The notes: generated by a model not told the origin, from the letters alone. 64,000 bases of DNA from Eledone cirrhosa (GCA_964016885.1 OZ024742.1:48360001-48424000); one strand, 5' to 3'. Positions 31,072 to 47,911 are shown, counted from the first letter of the stretch. Translations and numbers: made by a program.

Positions 31072-32845
31072 TTTTACTGATGGAGATTTTGTCAAATAAT
31101 TATTGTTGAAGGTAGCAGAATTTGTTTGTCCAGAAAAAAAGGGAATTATTTTCTGCGATCAGCTTATCGGCAAGAACAGTAACAAGGCGAATTGAAGAGC
31201 TGGCAGCAAATGTCAGAAGTGGCTTGGAGGGCATTTTAGATAATCTGGAGTATTATTCCATTGCTATCGATGAAACCACAGATATGAAGGATACTTGTCA
31301 ACTTGCAGTGTTTGTGAGGGGTGTAATACCAACATTTGATATTGTGGAAGAATTTGTACAATTGATTCCTATCAAGGACACTAGAACTGGGGCAGATATT
31401 TTGGAAAGCATAATAAAATGGATTACCGAAATGAATCTGTATTTATCAAAGCTTTCTGGAGTAATCACAGATGGAGCACCATCAATGGTTGGAGAGAAAA
31501 AGGGGTTTGTTGCATTGCTCCAAAACCACATCGGTATTGATAAAAAAACTAATCAAACTTCATTGCATTATTCATCAAGAAGGATTATGTGCAAAGTCAC
31601 TGATTTTAAGGACATACTGGCAGTGGTCGTGAAAACAATGAATTGTATACTGTCAAGAGAACTAAATCACCGCCAGTTTCAAGAATTTCTAAAACAAATT
31701 GAAGCAGCGTATGGTGACCTTACATATTTTTCAAATGTTCGATGGCTTAGCCGCGGAAAAAATGATAGAACGAGTATATGCATTGAGAGAAGAGATTTCT
31801 ATGTTTTTAGAGAGCAAAGAGCAAGATAATTCTTACTCTCAGGATCCACATTGGGTTGTCAAATGCGCTTTTTTAGTGTACATCAAGACCCACACCAACA
31901 CTTTGAATCTTGAGCTTCAAGGAAAGAACAAGGTTGTATTTGAGATGTTTGGTTAAATTACTGCTTTTGAGAGAAAACTTCGTCTGTGGGAATCACAACT
32001 TCAAAAAAGACGCCATTGTCATTTCCCAAGTCTCCAAAATCACAAGAGAGATATAATACCAGACATCTTTGTGAACTCTATTAAGGATTTGAGAAGCGAG
32101 TTTTCCTCTCGTTTTGCTGACTTCCAGCAATATGGAACTCTATTTAAGTTATTTGGTACTCCTTACGAAACAGATGTGGAGCAAGTGGTAGAAGAATATC
32201 AGTTGGTATTAATTTACTTACAGTGCGACGAATCTTTGAAATCGAAATTTCAGTTCGAATCCACTGCTGATTTCTATAAGAAATATATATTGCCAAGCGG
32301 AAAATATAAATACATCTTGACTAATGCCAAACTGATGATATCATTATTTGGAAGGACATATGCTTGTGAACAACTTTTTTCCAAAATGAAATATACTAAA
32401 AGTCATTTAAGAACAAGGTTGCGTGACCACCTGGATGATGTTTTGCTCCTGTCATCGACAAATATTTCACCTGATGTGGAGAAGTTATCGCACAATAAGC
32501 AGAAACACGTGTCTCATTAAATCATTTATCATTTCTAACAGTATTTCGTTTGTAGCAAGGAATTTTCTTCTTTTTTTTTCGTTGATTGTGATAGTAGTTG
32601 TTTTTCCGTTATTCCTGCAGTAACATAAGGAATTTGCTTTTTTTTTGTTGAATTGTTTGTAGTTTTTTTTTTTTTTTTTTGTTATTCCGGCAGTAAAATA
32701 AGGTGCCTTGTAAAACAAAATTACATTAAATTCCTTGTTTTGCGTTAAACCGCCAGAAAATATTTACATATTTAATAACATGGCCGTCCTCCATGACAGT
32801 TCATAGCTGTTTAGCCCTGTCTCTCTAAAATGTTGCTGACCCCTG
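31072..32845 (+). mobile_element. hAT DNA transposon (Buster/SPIN/GTF2IRD2-like transposase), 5'-truncated pseudogene with intact right TIR
   Basis: FTDGDFVK, ISLSARTVTRRIEEL, YSIAIDETTD..QLAVFVRG, ITDGAPSMVG, VRWLSRG, LNLELQGK, LFGRTYACEQLFSKMK..RTRL. Ends gttgctgacccctg (rc CAGGGGTCAGCAAC), followed by 8-mer acttagag with a central TA. Confidence 0.92.
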
Positions 32846-32983
32846 ACTTAGAGTGACAAAGGCACAAGGAGTTCTATAAACAAGTTCAAATTTGTGGTGC
32901 CTCTACTTATTGTCAAGTTTCTCTTAAGCTATACTGCAGTTGTCTACAAGCACGTTCATACAGACACAGATAAACAAATATAT

Positions 32984-33060
<77 letters not shown>

Positions 33061-33160
33061 GGAACGAGTCCTACTCGTTCCTATTACCTACTCTACTACC
33101 CTAAGTATTGAGTACTCTGGTGCGTAATGGTCCACCTGGTTCCTTACCACATTTCCTTCG

Positions 33161-33199
<39 letters not shown>

Positions 33200-33224
33200 T
33201 GCACACACATGCATATATATATAT

Positions 33225-34450
<1,226 letters not shown>

Positions 34451-34478
34451 TAATTCATCGCCGCTATATGTATATGTA

Positions 34479-34520
<42 letters not shown>

Positions 34521-34532
34521 CATATATATATG

Positions 34533-34569
<37 letters not shown>

Positions 34570-35450
34570 GAATTAGAACCCTGTACCCATTAAGCTCTAA
34601 GTATAAAGTACAAATAAATACTGAGCCGATTAACAATATATAGTAAGAAACACAGTAAACCGTGTGTCTAAAATTACAAGGGTTGAAAAACCACATATGC
34701 TTGAAATATTTAACCAAGAAACAGACAGAATGACGAAATGAAAATAAAATTATATTATCAAATAATACAAACCGCCTCAATAACCATTATATCTCTCGGA
34801 CAGATTATCCCTAATCTGTTTCGCCCTGAGTGTGTTTGTAACAGATAATCCTGGGCTTCATCAGCGAGAGATTGCGATTAAATGGCACAAACACTATTTG
34901 CCAACGTACACACAGAAAGATGAATTCATCACCTCGTGCTTCGCCAGCCAAACGTGGTAAGCGTGTTTCTTACTATATATTGTTAATCGGCTCAGTATTT
35001 ATTTGTACTTTATACTTAGAGCTTAATGGTTACAGGGTTCTAATTCATATATATATATTTCGGCTCTCTTACAGGATGAGCTATTAAGTTGTGCGTGTTG
35101 GACTGTTATTTCTGTTCAACACGCGCTTACCACGTTTGGCTGGCGAAGCACGAGGTGATGAATTCATCTTTCTGTGTGTACGTTGGCAAATAGTGTTTGT
35201 AGCATTTAATCGCAATCTCTCGCTGATGAAGCCCAGGATTATCTGTTACAAACACACTCAGGGCGAAACAGATTAGGGATAATCTGTCCGAGAGATATAA
35301 TAGTTATTCAGGCGGTTTGTATTATTTGATATATTTTTATTTTCATTTCGTCATTCTGTCTGTTTCTTGGTTAAATATTTCAAACATATGTGGTTTTTCA
35401 ACCCTTGTATTTTTAGACACACGGTTTACTGTGTTTCTTACTATATATTG
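34570..35450. mobile_element. Fold-back PLE pLTR element with canonical hammerheads in both arms
   Basis: 34635-34965 is the reverse complement of 35120-35448; 34570-34652 is the reverse complement of 34963-35050. (TA)n on both sides. Confidence 0.85.
35215..35296 (+). ncRNA. Canonical type I hammerhead ribozyme (mirror copy 34791-34872 minus)
   Basis: ATCTCTCG-CTGATGA-a-GCCC..GGGC-GAAA-CAGATTA ggga TAATCTG-TC-CGAGAGAT: 8-bp stem I, 7-bp stem III, GUC site. Confidence 0.92.
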
Positions 35451-35458
35451 TATATATG

Positions 35459-35561
<103 letters not shown>

Positions 35562-35581
35562 TATACATATATATGTATGTG

Positions 35582-35664
<83 letters not shown>

Positions 35665-35665
35665 T

Positions 35666-35736
<71 letters not shown>

Positions 35737-35737
35737 G

Positions 35738-35801
<64 letters not shown>

Positions 35802-35807
35802 TATATG

Positions 35808-35857
<50 letters not shown>

Positions 35858-35871
35858 CATATATATGTATA

Positions 35872-35902
<31 letters not shown>

Positions 35903-35912
35903 CATATATATG

Positions 35913-35973
<61 letters not shown>

Positions 35974-36026
35974 CATATATATGTATAATATATATATATA
36001 TATATATATACACATACATATATATG

Positions 36027-36067
<41 letters not shown>

Positions 36068-36114
36068 TTATATATATATATATACATATATATATATACA
36101 CATACATATATATG

Positions 36115-36164
<50 letters not shown>

Positions 36165-36443
36165 TCATATATATATATATATATGTATATATGAATAAAT
36201 ATGTGTATATATATACATATATATATCTTAACCTGTTAGTTCTATCGTTGCTTTGGTATGTTATTGTGGGTTAGATTTTGCTTACCACAATGTTAGATTT
36301 GTCAAGCTATTAAAACGTATGTTATTACTCTAAGGACCTAACTTATCGAGTGCTTTGCTAACTCATCACCTCAAAAGCAGGCCGAATTTTCTTGCAAACC
36401 GCCAGAGATTTGATTTTACTAAATATCCAATTATATATATATA

Positions 36444-36531
<88 letters not shown>

Positions 36532-36596
36532 TATATATGTATACCTTTATATATATATACATATATATATAACTATATATACATTATATACCTATA

Positions 36597-36630
<34 letters not shown>

Positions 36631-36694
36631 CATACATATATATATATACTCACACACACATACATATATACATATATATATTAACATACATACA

Positions 36695-37195
<501 letters not shown>

Positions 37196-37210
37196 CTCTC
37201 TCTCTCTCTG

Positions 37211-37252
<42 letters not shown>

Positions 37253-37255
37253 TAC

Positions 37256-37369
<114 letters not shown>

Positions 37370-37394
37370 ATATGTATATATATATATATATGTA

Positions 37395-37519
<125 letters not shown>

Positions 37520-37525
37520 GTATCC

Positions 37526-38077
<552 letters not shown>

Positions 38078-38471
38078 ATAAGGGCGCTGCGGAGTTGCAA
38101 ATGGGTTACATATGAAAAAAGTTTGTCCTTCATCAGTGATCTTCCAACTATCATAGGTATTTCATCGCTTTAAAGACCATATACCTCCGGTTGGTGCGAG
38201 CAACGGCTAAAAAAAGTCGTTGGGACACGTAAATAAAGGGGACCCGAGGGTAAACAAACAAAATGGTGAGGCAACAGAAAGTGAGGAAGAAGGAGATAAG
38301 TCCCAGATTTCTATGAATTGAAGTTCGGTGAAATCGTGAACGAGAGAATAAAGACCAACAAACGTGGTTGAAATGTGAGCAAGGAAGGAATTTCGCACAG
38401 GTCTAACGGGAGGAAGAAGGGGTCTGGTCTGCGAATTCGGTAAACATAAGTTCTGTGAAATCGCAGACGAG

Positions 38472-38519
<48 letters not shown>

Positions 38520-38524
<5 letters not shown>

Positions 38525-38697
38525 CGAAGGAAATGTGGTAAGGAACCAGGTGGACCATAACACACCAAAGTACTCAATACTTGGGGTAGTAGAGTGGGTA
38601 ATAGGAACCGGTAAGACGCCGACGGCTGAGCTGAAGCCGCTTCGACGGAATTAGCCGTCGAAACGGCTTCAGCTCAGCCGTCGGGGTCTTACCGGTT

Positions 38698-38700
<3 letters not shown>
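38520..38700 (-). mobile_element. ~100 bp hairpin element plus tail, diverged relative of 24726-24915
   Basis: aggaaccggtaagac..gacggaattagccgtc..gtcttaccggttcct; tail aacgaaggaaatgtggtaaggaacc. Confidence 0.85.
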
Positions 38701-38746
<46 letters not shown>

Positions 38747-38759
38747 ATATATATGTATG

Positions 38760-38790
<31 letters not shown>

Positions 38791-38867
38791 ATATATATAT
38801 ATATATATATATGGAGTGCGGTTGGCTTTTCGCTGCAGTGTTTTCTATACCTTTCATTTATATATAT

Positions 38868-38939
<72 letters not shown>

Positions 38940-39709
38940 TTAATATAGATGAGATTCTACAGGACTAGAACTGTTTCATTCATTAGAAATCATCAGGAAT
39001 CTGGGTATCAAAAAATAAATATGGTATTTATAGGTCTCTACAAGTGGTAGGAGAGGGTGGGGAGTGGGATGGGTGCAGGTCATTGGTTGATAGAGAAGGG
39101 AATTCATTAAAAGCTAATTCTACATAGCTATAGTTAATTTATATTTATTTATGTTTTTAGAGTAACAAAGGCAGACAGAATTCTATAAACAGGTTCCGGA
39201 TGGCGTACCATTCCTTGTCAATAAGTTTCTCTTAAGCTAGCAGATGTCTATAAAATCAGTGGGGGGTCATTCATGCTCGATAGAATTAAAGAAAAGGGAG
39301 ATTCTTTACATTAAGGTTCTGCTAAGTGACAAAGGTCTAGGGAATTCTGCAGACAGATTCAAAATACTGAGTGCATATCTTACTATTATCTTCGAACTTC
39401 TCTTAAACTAATCAACAATATGCCAAATCAACAGACACATTCACAAAAAAACAAAAAAACCCAATAAAACAAAAAAAAAACAAAAACAAAAGAAACCACA
39501 CCTAAAAAACAAAAAAACACACATACTCACTCACACACTTACGCGCAACCATAAACACACACATAAACACATATACACACATAAAAACACACACACATAT
39601 ATAAAAAATATATAAACATATACAAATATAAATATATATTCATGTACACACACATACATACACACATACATACATACATATATAAAATACATATACACAT
39701 ATACATACG

Positions 39710-39789
<80 letters not shown>

Positions 39790-39924
39790 TATATATACAC
39801 ACACATACACATATACACATATATATATACACACATACACACACACACACACACATACATACATATATATATACATATATATATATACATACATATATAT
39901 ACAAATATATATACATATATACAT

Positions 39925-39979
<55 letters not shown>

Positions 39980-40100
39980 GATACATACACACATACACAT
40001 ACATACACAGATATACACATATATACACAAATAAATACACTCACACGCATACATACAAATACGAGTATACATATGTATAGATATCTATACACACACACAT

Positions 40101-40178
<78 letters not shown>

Positions 40179-40244
40179 CCATACATACACATGCATACAC
40201 AGACCTATACATAAATATACACATATATATACAGAGATATAACG

Positions 40245-40293
<49 letters not shown>

Positions 40294-40345
40294 GGTCTTT
40301 ATCTATGAATCTCTGTGTAGAGATACACATTATTTCTAAGTACAT

Positions 40346-40535
40346 GGCGGTGGATTGGCAGTATCGGTAGAGGGTCGGACGCTATGCTTTGACGCATAGA
40401 GTTACGACCCTTGCCATTCTGAGTTCAAATCCCGCCGAGGTTAACTCTGCCTATCATCCTTACGGGGTCGATAAAATAAAGTATCAGTAATACACTGGGT
40501 ATTTGCTGGCCTTGTGCCTAACGTAGAAACAATCA
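40346..40535 (+). mobile_element. tRNA-derived SINE, near full-length (MetaSINE-like core)
   Basis: A-box-like TGGCAGTATCGG, B-box GAGTTCAAATCCC, core cctatcatccttacggggtcgataaaataaagt. Four copies in the window. Confidence 0.8.
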
Positions 40536-41119
40536 TTTCTAAGTATATGTAGTTATATATAAACGTATCCATATGAAATTATTTTAAAGTATTTCGCATG
40601 GTAATTTCACAGTGTCACCTTTTATCCCACTACTCAGCTCCTCGAGAAAATATTGTTTACAGCAAATTCGCGGAACATGATGCAAATTGCGTTGAGGGAA
40701 ACTTCATAAGGGCCATATTTGTCACAATGTCTGTTAATTTGGCTTGGAGATTGATTTAACCGTATAAGTGCCCATGAAATATTTAATATCTTAAAATATA
40801 ATGGAATAAGAAAATACATTTGCAATACTTATCGACAACTAGACACGACACCGTTCCTTTTCTATGTGTGCTAATTTGCCAATACATTGTCGTAGATATT
40901 CACTTCCGATGTTGTCGATATCAAGGAAGTTACCGTTTAATATTGTCATTTTATGTTTTATTTCGTTGATGGCTGGCCAAGATACATTTTGTTGCGACAC
41001 GCGTTGATTGCACATCTGATCTCGTGTTGTTATATATGTTGCCTATGTATGTATGTATGTTTGTATGTATGTATGTATGTATGTATGTATGTATGTATGT
41101 ATGTATGTATGTATGTATG

Positions 41120-41153
<34 letters not shown>

Positions 41154-41159
41154 TGCAAC

Positions 41160-41605
41160 TGTGTTGGTCTAGATGAAATCGATCGCCGGATGAAGTCATC
41201 ATCGAGAAACTCGGCGTGGAATGGTGAATGATGGGTTTGATCATTTTGAGGACAGACATATAGAGCACGAGAAAATCAAACGGGATGTGCGTAAGATTCG
41301 CTGTCTCAAGTGAATTTTTGTGTCCTGAGTGTGAAAAGATTGGCTTGAGCAAATCTGGTCTCAGGAGCCATACTCGCAGCCATGTTCAGAGAGAACCATT
41401 GAACTATGATCTCCACGGTATTTTCATGGTTCACAGGCAACCTGATGCAAGACCTGAGACGAGAGAGATCCATAGTTGTCGTCAATGTGCGAAGGAGTGC
41501 AAGTCTCTAGCAGGCTTGAAAAGCTATATCCGAGCGTCACAAATCTGAATCTGACAAGCAATTGCAATACTCTTAGCAGAGTTTGCAACCATCCTGTATG
41601 TATGT
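41160..41605 (+). pseudogene. 3' end of an RTE-like LINE with two C2H2-like zinc fingers and a (TATG)n tail
   Basis: CPECEKIGLSKSGLRSHTRSH and CRQCAKECKSLAGLKSYIRA. The 3' end gcaatactcttagcagagtttgcaaccatc is shared with 45385-45420. Confidence 0.6.
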
Positions 41606-42350
41606 TCTTATGGTTTAATTATTTTGTAATTGTTCACCAATAGATAGGGAGCCGGTTTTTAACATTGACACGAACCACTTTCATTGGAATTTAGACATCA
41701 ATTAGGTAAAGACTTATGCATACCAGTGTGTGTGTTAGAGTGTGTGGTGGGGGGGGGGGGGGGGGGGCTGAAGTTATGGATGTTATTGTTCGAGTAGATT
41801 TGCACATTTTGTGTTACATGTGTACACATGCATATGTCTCTCTGATTATACATGTTTATATGCAGGTATTACATGCAGAATTTCTGAAAAATTTTATAAA
41901 TGTTTACAAATCCATTATTGAACTGTTCTTTCTATTACTTAATTAGACGTGCTGTTTCTCAGCTTCTCCAGTACTGAAGCAGTTCGCAACCTATGTATGT
42001 ATGCATTTATGTTTGTATGGATGTATGAATGCATATATATATGTATGTATGCATGTATGTACGTATGTATGAATGAATGTATGTATGTATGCATGTATGT
42101 AACCATATATGTATGTATGTATGTAGATTTACATGTACGCTTTTGTACACAGGTGCCTATGTTCCTTGGTAATTAAATTATTATTCGAGAAATTCAAGTC
42201 GATCACTAAGAAGATGACATATCCTGAGAGTTTCTGGGACTGGTGTATATGGTATTACTAGTGATGTGGCTGTATATGTGACCGTCAACATATTCAGATA
42301 TTTTGTATTCATGTATCTTTAGTAAATGAGCATCTTGTTAATCTCTATAC

Positions 42351-43332
42351 CAGATAGAAAAATGCGTACAGCAAAAAAAAAGTAATATTGTTGGAATATA
42401 AACCTTTAAAAATACAGCACAAGAAACTAAAATAAAACTTTAAAAGAATAGGACAAGAAACTAAGATAAAACTTTAAAGAATTGGACAAGAAATAAACAA
42501 ATTTACAATAATATTAGTGGCAAAATTTCTATTGGTAAAAAATCGAGTTCCACATTCAGAGGTCGTCGTCAGACCGGGGGATCATTTGATCCTGGTTTGA
42601 ACACCAATTGGGCCATAACCATACCCCTATTTCATCATTCGGCGATATGCCTCATGTGTCATGCATAATAAGAATGGACCCATGGGCCCATGAGCACAGA
42701 TATTGAGCAGCAGCGGACGGTCTTGTCGTCCCGCTCATCCTTGATCTTGACCAACCCGTCCATCTTCTCCTTGCATCTTGTCCTTGAGTTCAAGTCCGGC
42801 AGTCCAGATGAATGCGTGCCACAGCTTTCTGGTACAGGAAGGGGGAGCAGGAGGACTGGAGGATGACGGGACAGAGGGAGGGAGGTGCCGTAGTCGGTGG
42901 TCAGAGTCGACATCTTGTCCCGGTCGTCTTCTCCATCTTCGTCTGGTGTTGCGGGACCAGAAGTGCATTCTTGGAGGTGACCTGCAGCTGCATCGGCCAA
43001 TTCTTCTTGCACTGGTCATTCTGACGGAGCAGAACTGCTCAGCCAACCAACCCCAAACAGAACCAACCGCTCAGGAGCAACGCACAATGAGAGCATGACA
43101 ATTATTATGTACTAATCAAGAAGGTACTGGGGCATAGCACAGGAAACGAATAAAACAATTTTGCCACTAATATTATTGTAAATTTTTTTAATTTCTTGTC
43201 CAATTTTTAAAGTTTTATCTTAGTTTCTTGTCCTATTCTTTTAAAGTTTTATTTTAGTTTCTTGTCCTGTATTTTTAAAGGTTTATATTCCAACAATATT
43301 ACTTTTTTTTTGCTGTACGCATTTTTCTATCT
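42351..43332. mobile_element. Element with ~185 bp terminal inverted repeats (internally tandem) enclosing a GC-rich 600 bp core
   Basis: cagatagaaaaatgcgtacagc..ttagtggcaaaatt (42351-42527) is the reverse complement of 43158-43332. The TIRs contain ~3 copies of ggacaagaaactaarataaaacttt. Confidence 0.8.
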
Positions 43333-44394
43333 GATCTACTATTTTTTAAGGCAATGCAAGCAACAACTATCTAATAATTACAATATCATAGTGAATTACT
43401 GACAAGTGATTGACATTTTAACGTTCTTTTGAGTATAATTGCAATCTAGTTGAGGCAACTGGCTTAATGACAAAGCTAGTAAATCATGAATGCATTTGAG
43501 ATGATTAGTGCATAATAGTGAATTGGTGAAACTTGTGCATTTCAATGGTGTTACGGATAAAAACTGATACTGCTGTCTACCACCTTTATATAGGATTGTC
43601 ATGTTTCTCTGTATCTGCAATGTGGGTATACAAAATAAGAATTATGATATTAACTTTAATTTAAAATCCCCAAAAATGCTGTGCATGAAAACTTCAAAAA
43701 GTAATTCTATTTCTATTGATGACCTCTTAGTTGCTCATACTAATTTTGTAAAAGATTTCAAGCCAATAATCAGAATGATCTGGTATAATTTTTATGCAGA
43801 TAAATGAGTAATTAGTATAAAGGGCCATCCAGATATCATGTGGACACCGCGAACCAAAAATGGTCACATGATATTTGGATGGCTCCTAAGCATCCCCTCC
43901 ACATGGCGGGGACATGGGTCATCATCGTGGAGCAATCACCTATTTTTAAAATATTAGACTATGATAAATGAATTTAGTTAAAAATACAATTTGAAATATA
44001 TTAGATAATATTTAGTAGGTGAGCATTAACAACTGATAATTACCTCCCCTTGTAATTACCTTGTAATTACCTCCCCTAGCCTCACGCTTACTACTCACTC
44101 ACTTGAACACAAGATTTATCAGCAAACTTTGATTATAAACTTTTTCCCGCTGGACCAAATTTCTAGATTTTTAAGCCAAAAGATGCGTAATGATCTACTG
44201 TTCATGCTCATATAAGTTTTATCTCAGTTAAATAAAGTAGAGCCGCGCTGTACTGTCGTAAACAGACGATTGCCAACGAAAACACGACCACAAGAATATT
44301 ACTAAACGGACTACCGTCCGTTTAGGATATGTTATATATATATATATTCTGATGATATATATATTTTCAATTACTCACCAATAGAAAATGTGAG

Positions 44395-44513
<119 letters not shown>

Positions 44514-44934
44514 TGTGTGTCACTTTCCAACACAGAAGCAAAATACTTTCCTTACAATTTAGATATCATGTACGTAATTATGTCTGTCCACAAGTGTCTG
44601 CGTGTGACTACGTGTACAGTTATTGTGTCATTGAATTTTTGCATCTGTGTATTTCGGGATATATGTGCACATATACACGTTCCTATCTACATGCGCGTAT
44701 ATTCAACTATTACAAGCTAGATTTCTATGTAATAAATATGTATACATGTATAGATGAATTTATGTTTGTAAGTATGTATGTGTGTAGGCAGGTAGGTATG
44801 TACGTATATATGAATGCATATTTGTATATGAGTAAATGTATGCAGGTGGGTATGCCTGTATATATTATGCGCTTTACTATGTATGTATCTATGTATGTAT
44901 GTATGTATTTAATCACACTGGGTGTCCAAATATC

Positions 44935-45420
44935 ACACTCCTCACAAAGCAAGCTTGGTAGGGTTGCAGGTTTAGTCCCCGACGACCCGACTATGAGACA
45001 GGATGTACTGGGTTACATGTTGCCAGTAGCACTCGAGAGTGACCTGATATACAGAGACAACCGCCATCAAAATAGTACTTTTTTCTTATTAAACCTGGGA
45101 GTGAAAGGCCCTCCGTTGTCGGCACAAGACCTTTCTAGAAGATGGAAACTCTGAAAAAAAAAAGAAAAATATGCGACTTCGGAAGCATCCGATGATGTTG
45201 AATAGATCCCCTTTTCGAGTAGTGTTTTCGATACTCATAGAGAGCGAATGGTTTAATGTAAGGCCTTCCCCCACTTAAAAAACCTTCAAATCACCCGGCA
45301 TTGCTTGTTCAGGATATGTTGCAGGTTCGTGTGACTGGCTGTGGCCTAAAAATACCCCAAACTGTATAATCTGAGAAGCGGTTGCAGTACTCTTAGCAGA
45401 GTTTGTAGCTATCATGTATG
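44935..45420. mobile_element. RTE-related non-autonomous retroposon remnant; related to 59375-59710
   Basis: gggttgcaggtttagtc..gggttacatgttgccagtagc..acctga is shared with 59625-59710; the tail is shared with 41560-41600. Confidence 0.45.
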
Positions 45421-45570
45421 TATATGTGCGTGCATGTATATACGTGTGTCCAATTGTATGCTTGCATATATATGCATGCATGCGGTTATACTTGCGTGTA
45501 CGTATGCATAGATAAATTTGTGCGGTATTGTATATATTTCTGCCCGTTTTATTCAAATATATCTATTCGG

Positions 45571-45647
<77 letters not shown>

Positions 45648-45662
45648 TATGTGTATATATAA

Positions 45663-45695
<33 letters not shown>

Positions 45696-45699
45696 CTGT

Positions 45700-47075
45700 T
45701 TAACATGTGGTATTTGGCGTAGAGAATGTCTAGGGCCTCAGCGGCGCAGAGGTCACATGGTCTTTTATTTCCGTTATACGATCTAGCCCTAACTAGGATC
45801 TCCCAGTGTAACTTATATTGGGTGTGATTGTTTTTAGGCTCCAGATATGAGCTGAACGTGACGTCATATTCCTTCTTAAAGGGTTAAGAAAAGAATGGGT
45901 ATGCATGTAAACACGCTGCTTGAATCTATTGGCGGTTAACCCTATGTAGGCCCTACGGGACGTGGGTGTTTCACCCTTACATTTGTAGACAATGTTACTA
46001 GAGAGGAATTTTTCGGATATGGGCAGTCAACCCGATTTCTACAATTACAGTTAGTACTAGCTACTGGGTTGCACGTATTCCTAAGGCTAGGTAATTTAGC
46101 TAAGTTTGAAGCTTGGATATTATGTGCAAGGTTAGGAGTCGTAGAGTAAGACATATCGATGGTATTTCTATTAAAAATGTTACTATATTTATGTGCTGGG
46201 GGAAATGCCTCATAATAAGGGAGGATGCGTGTATGTATATATTTAAATTCAATTACCTCTGTATTTAATTTACTTTACTCTAAACTCTGAAGCCGAAAAT
46301 CATTCGGTTTCCCAAATAGAATTTCAGTCTACGACTTCAGTTATACCATTTACGTGCTTTTGTATTTGAGTGTAATTGTTCTCATTGCTCCACATAATGA
46401 CGTATTATCTCGTTTTTTCCGTTCCTTGCCAGAGAACGTCTCTATGAACCACCTAATAGAATATTAGTATACGACTTGTTTTTTTACCATAAACTTGGTT
46501 TTGTCTTTGCGTGTAATTGTTTTCACCGCACCAAATATTGACGTATTATCTTCGTTTTTTTCCCGTTCTTTGCCAGGGAACGTTTGCCAGGGAACGTTTC
46601 CATGAACCAAAGTATCGTCTTCTTGTCTTCCTTCGGTTGCAACGTTTTTTGAAATATTTACTTCTGCGTTCACAAATTGACTTTTATAGTTTCAGAAGAT
46701 CCCGTTAAGGGTGAAAGCAACGATTATTTGCTTAAACATTAATCTGTTATTTTAATAAATATTTGATCTACGGTTCTTATATATCTGATATATATTTGTC
46801 CTTATTGAGCCCTCTTTGTATTTTAGTCTTCTAATTTATTATTATTACTATTTAGCTCCCACGGTTGAGCACTTTGTTGACATATATTCATCATGCAGAA
46901 ACAACTTCTGAATATTTCTACAAAGAACAGACCCGTACCAAGCAGGAAAACAAACCTAAAACTCCTGATACAGAAAACAGACGCGTTCATTAAAAGGTTA
47001 CGTTGGCGTGACTTTTATTTCGATAATCAGGTAAAAGCAGACAACAAACATGAGGCTTCCAAAACGACCTAAAGA
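45700..47075. mobile_element. Rearranged family A PLE: inverted EN fragment (45700-46222, minus), pLTR (46225-46850, plus) and the ORF N-terminus (46893-47072, plus)
   Basis: 45700-46222 matches 2088-2605; 46300-46850 matches 3580-4010 plus the reverse complement of 926-1015. The ATG at 46893 gives MQKQLLNISTKNRPVPSRKTNLKLLIQKTDAFIKRLRWRDFYFDN, homologous to the N-terminus at 54022. Confidence 0.85.
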
Positions 47076-47301
47076 AATGTATATATATATGTATGTATGT
47101 ACGTATGTATGTATGTATGTATGTATGTATGTATGTATGTATGTATGTATGTATGTATGTATGTATGTATGTATGTATGTATGTATGTATGTATGTATGT
47201 ATGTATGTATGTATGTATGTATGTATGTATGTATGTATGTATGTATGTATGTATGCATGCATGCATGCATGCATGCATACATACATACATACATACATAC
47301 A

Positions 47302-47333
<32 letters not shown>

Positions 47334-47337
47334 GAGA

Positions 47338-47530
47338 GAAGGGGTGTGGCTGATTCGCTAGAGAATTGGTTTCACCATGTTGAGGTTGTGAGTTCGATTC
47401 CTTGAGCAAGTGACTTTATTTCACGCTACTCCTTCTGCCTGGAGTTGCGACAGATAGATAGTACTAGCAACTGGAAAAAACAACGGAAACATTGTTTCCC
47501 CGGCCCGATTTAACTAAAGTCGATCGATCC
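47338..47530 (+). mobile_element. tRNA-derived CORE-type SINE, internally deleted copy
   Basis: Matches 48543-48760. Confidence 0.65.
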
Positions 47531-47831
47531 TTATTATATATGTAGAGAGAGGGCGAGGGAGAGATTCTACTGTGCTGAGGTGGACTAGACGACTAAACAT
47601 GGGAGTAATCAATGTTGGGGAGATGCAAAATGAGTATAGACATATGTAAAATCCTGAATGTGGTGCCAAGCCGAAGCAGCTTGATGACGCGGTTGCGATT
47701 TTACATACCATCTCTCTCTCCCCCTCTCTCTCTCTCTCTCTCTCTATCTATATATATATCTATGTATCTATATATATAAATGAAAATAGAGAAACTAATG
47801 TGAGCAAGAATCCAACAGTCTTTCATAATAA

Positions 47832-47911
<80 letters not shown>

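Noticed and set aside
31122-32520. Domesticated GTF2IRD2/ZBED-like host gene
   Set aside because: Frameshifts, stops, a missing 5' part and a retained TIR indicate a dead transposon.
41285-41548. Host C2H2 zinc-finger gene
   Set aside because: It is followed immediately by a retroposon-type 3' end with a (TATG)n tail shared with other repeats, so it is better explained as a LINE C-terminus.
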